Virus record (IMG/VR): IMGVR_UViG_3300014202_000231
Location: 1-37,382 of that record
DNA from: a virus
Lineage: Duplodnaviria; Caudoviricetes
Strand: one strand, 5' to 3'
Length of the DNA: 37,382 bases
Position numbers and translations under genes: made by a program. The notes below the pieces were generated by a model. It did no database searches. It saw only the letters and a list, made by a program, of their open reading frames with translations, and had not been told where the DNA came from. Each line of letters opens with the position of its first letter. Positions within the stretch are counted from its first letter, which is position 1. Below are positions 35,213-37,382 of this stretch, in pieces.

Positions 35213-35254
35213 ATAAGCGAACTGCTTGCGCTGGCCGAGAAGTGCGCTTATGAT
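35213..35254 (+). promoter_or_regulatory. PR promoter with two 14-bp operators (35213-35226, 35238-35251)
   Basis: TTGCGC-17 nt-TATGAT; operators ATAAGCGAACTGCT and AGAAGTGCGCTTAT, 25 bp apart, mirroring PL. Confidence 0.8.
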
Positions 35255-35261
35255 CGGCCGC

Positions 35262-35459
35262 ATGAAGACGGTCGATGTTGTGCAGCACTTCGGCTCGCAG
35301 ACTGCGGCGGCGCAGGCGTTGGGGATCAACCAAGCCGCTGTCGCTCAGTGGGGCGAGTCGCCGCCCGAGCTGCGCCAGTTGCAGCTAGAGGCCGTGACCG
35401 GCGGGGCACTGAAGGCTGGCCCAGAGTGCGACAAGTACCGCGTACCGGCTGCGGCATGA
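35262..35459 (+). CDS. cro: Cro-like repressor
   Basis: MKT.DVV.HFGSQ..AA.ALGI.Q.AV.QWGE.PPELRQ.QLE.VT.G.LK. Confidence 0.9.
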   Translation: MKTVDVVQHFGSQTAAAQALGINQAAVAQWGESPPELRQLQLEAVTGGALKAGPECDKYRVPAAA

Positions 35460-35504
35460 ACACTCCCCCGCGCGCGATCTCCACCTCCTCATGGCGCGGG
35501 TTCG

Positions 35505-35531
35505 CCCACGGCTTCGCCGCCGTGGGTTTTT
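35505..35531 (+). terminator. Intrinsic terminator after cro (tR1-like)
   Basis: CCCACGGC-6 nt-GCCGTGGG-TTTTT. Confidence 0.75.
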
Positions 35532-35547
35532 CTACAAGGCGATTCCG

Positions 35548-35997
35548 ATGATTGTCGAAATCGACGGGCACCAAATACAGATCGACGACGCCGACCTTCC
35601 AATATTGGAAGGTTACCGATGGCGAGTCAAAGACTTTAGCGCCCGGGGGTACGGACCCTGCATGTACGTCATCGGCAACCACCGTGTCCTGTTGCATCGC
35701 CTGTTGATCGGCGCCATCAAGGGCCAATTTGTTGACCACGCGAACGGTGACTCGCTGGACAACAGGCGCGACAACCTGCGTCTGTGTACGCACGCGCAAA
35801 ACATGGCGAACCGAAAGATGGCGCGGCATAACAGGACCGGGCTCAAAGGCGTTGAGCGGAAAGGCAATGGCTGGCGGGCGCGTATCACCAAAGACGGCGT
35901 GCGCTGTCATCTTGGGTATTTCAAAACCGCGGCCGAAGCAGCCGCAGCCTTCACCGAGGCCGCCCGCAGGCTTCACGGCGAGTTTTTTCGTGCCTGA
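35548..35997 (+). CDS. HNH-AP2 endonuclease
   Basis: LHRLL...VDHANGDSLDNRRDNLR; AP2 domain TG.KGV...W.A.I...LGYF.T..EAA.A. Confidence 0.88.
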   Translation: MIVEIDGHQIQIDDADLPILEGYRWRVKDFSARGYGPCMYVIGNHRVLLHRLLIGAIKGQFVDHANGDSLDNRRDNLRLCTHAQNMANRKMARHNRTGLKGVERKGNGWRARITKDGVRCHLGYFKTAAEAAAAFTEAARRLHGEFFRA

Positions 35998-36114
35998 CTG
36001 AGCGCGATGCGTCACTTCGACTCTTGCGCTAGGCGTATGTGCTCAAGCAAGACGAGCTTTCTCACGCGCTCCAGCATCGCCTGCACGGCCGACCTCGCCC
36101 ACGCCTGATCACTC

Positions 36115-36327
36115 ATGGCTGAACCTCGTGATGTTGAACTGCGCGGCAACGTGACTCGCTCGTTTTTGCAGCGCCTGGACGCCGTGGCCCAGGCCGACGG
36201 GATGGGCCGCATCGAGTGGCTGGTCCCCATCGTGGAGAAAGAGATAGATCGCCGGATACATGCCGCAAGTCTGCTCATGCGAATGCTTGACGGCAATCCG
36301 ACCAAGCCGGATAGGGGGACCGAGTGA
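36115..36327 (+). CDS. Small ribbon-helix-helix-like regulator in the cII position
   Basis: VELRGNV strand followed by two helices (LDAVAQADGMGRIEW). Confidence 0.6.
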   Translation: MAEPRDVELRGNVTRSFLQRLDAVAQADGMGRIEWLVPIVEKEIDRRIHAASLLMRMLDGNPTKPDRGTE

Positions 36328-36386
36328 CCGCGACCCCTATGGGTGCGGCAACGCACAGACGCAATCCCCTGAGTCGGGGGGGTGGA

Positions 36387-36818
36387 ATGACCGAGGCCGC
36401 CCGCATCAAGGCCGCGATCGACCATTGCGCCGCCCGGCGTGACGGGCGCGGTCGCTGGCGCGCAGCCCGCTCGCTTGAGCAGTGGCTGACCGTCGCGCAC
36501 GGCAGCCGTGTCATCGCCAAGGCCCAGGCCGAGGCCGCAGAGCGCATCGGCGCGTGGTTGGCGAAGCCCCGGCACCCGCGCAAGCCCCCGGTACCGAGCG
36601 AGGCGTACGCGCCGGGCTTCTTCACCGAGCTCGTGCACCAGCACCGCTGGCCGCCGCGGTTCGTGTCGCGCGCCTGGGGCGGCGTCGAGAAGGTCACGCC
36701 GGCGCCGCACCGGCACGGCGGATTCGACAAGAACCCGCTGGGGTTGCCGGGCGCGGCGCCGTACATCCGCATGTTCGAGGCGCAGGCGGCGCAGGCGATC
36801 AAGAGGGCGAAGGCATGA
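36387..36818 (+). CDS. Hypothetical basic protein
   Basis: G-rich RBS; ATGA coupling to rep. Confidence 0.65.
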   Translation: MTEAARIKAAIDHCAARRDGRGRWRAARSLEQWLTVAHGSRVIAKAQAEAAERIGAWLAKPRHPRKPPVPSEAYAPGFFTELVHQHRWPPRFVSRAWGGVEKVTPAPHRHGGFDKNPLGLPGAAPYIRMFEAQAAQAIKRAKA

Positions 36819-37382
36819 GGCGTCCGGCGTTTCAGTTCTACCCCGCAGACTGGCGCAAGGACATGGCGCTGCAGTCGTGTTCGATAGCCGCTCGCGGCCT
36901 GTGGATCGACATGCTGTGCATCGCGCACGAGTGCGAGCCATACGGGCATCTCACCATCAACTGCAAGCCCATGACGACCGCTCAGATCGGCCGACACACC
37001 GGGTTGAGCGAGAGGGAGTGCGCGAAGCTGATCGCCGAACTTGAAGCCGCTGACGTGTTCTCGCGTGACGCCGATGGGGTGATCTTCAGCCGGCGCATGG
37101 TTGCAGACGAGCACTTGCGCAGGGTTCGCGCAGAAGGCGGCAAGGACGGTTCCGAGCACGGTATCAAGGGCGCCGAGCACGGCATCAAGGGGGGTAGACC
37201 GAAGAAGGCAAGGGGGGTTTCCGAACCCCCCTTAGAACCCCCCCCTTCTTCTTCTTCTTCTTCTTCTGCTTCGGCAGAAAAGAAAAGCCTGCTACCGCAG
37301 GCTAGCGCTTTTCCGCCGGAAAAGGCGCCGGCCGCACCCCCAGGGCTGACGCTCGTCGGAACCCCAACCCCAACCCCAACAC
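36815..37382 (+). CDS. Replication initiator protein, N-terminal part (continues at position 1)
   Basis: MRRPAFQFYPADWRKD...ARGLWIDMLC..HE..PYGHL...FSRRMV; open to the window end. Absent from the ORF track. Confidence 0.85.
   Translation, partial: MRRPAFQFYPADWRKDMALQSCSIAARGLWIDMLCIAHECEPYGHLTINCKPMTTAQIGRHTGLSERECAKLIAELEAADVFSRDADGVIFSRRMVADEHLRRVRAEGGKDGSEHGIKGAEHGIKGGRPKKARGVSEPPLEPPPSSSSSSSASAEKKSLLPQASAFPPEKAPAAPPGLTLVGTPTPTPT
37152..37382. repeat. Candidate intragenic replication origin
   Basis: 21-bp direct repeat CCGAGCACGG[TC]ATCAAGGG x2, inverted repeat AAGGGGGGTT/AACCCCCCTT, TTC run, hairpin AGCCTGC/GCAGGCT, CCCCAA x3. Confidence 0.5.

Larger units (their letters stand above)
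1..37382. mobile_element. Complete temperate P22-like podophage genome, circular/excised form
   Basis: Packaging, head, short-tail, ejection, lysis, integration, recombination, immunity and replication modules are all present. No host housekeeping genes. The reading frame is continuous across the end/start junction and attP is internal. Confidence 0.93.

Noticed and set aside
36007-36116. Small ORFs on either strand between HNH-AP2 and the cII-position gene
   Set aside because: About 33-34 aa with no clear RBS or motif; cannot be distinguished from chance.

Overview
The window reads as a complete, circular, high-GC temperate phage genome of about 37.4 kb with a P22-like podovirus layout. The host is probably a Betaproteobacterium; this is inferred from gene content and was not checked. 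Two observations support circularity: the replication ORF starting at 36815 runs in frame off the right end into positions 1-350, and an intact attP (3' half of tRNA-Cys with arm-like repeats) lies beside the integrase. The + strand carries rep, rusA, terS/terL, portal, scaffold, coat, a GT2-like enzyme, a gp4-like adaptor, a fibre cassette, a gp10-like nozzle, ejection proteins, a collar-domain fibre, an HNH-pilin fusion and the lysis genes. The - strand carries cI, then a helicase, a methyltransferase, a pentapeptide-repeat protein, RecE/RecT-like genes, xis and int. Three observations stand out. (1) The gp10-like tail nozzle gene appears split: its ~45-aa N-terminal segment is missing from the body and occurs twice upstream, each copy heading a different receptor-binding module. 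(2) An HNH endonuclease is fused in frame to a type IVa pilin exactly at the prepilin peptidase site. (3) A GTKAG-N6-CTMAC box overlaps three predicted sigma70 promoters in the structural region of a phage with no recognisable Q or N antiterminator. All family assignments come from motif recognition by eye; no database searches were run.
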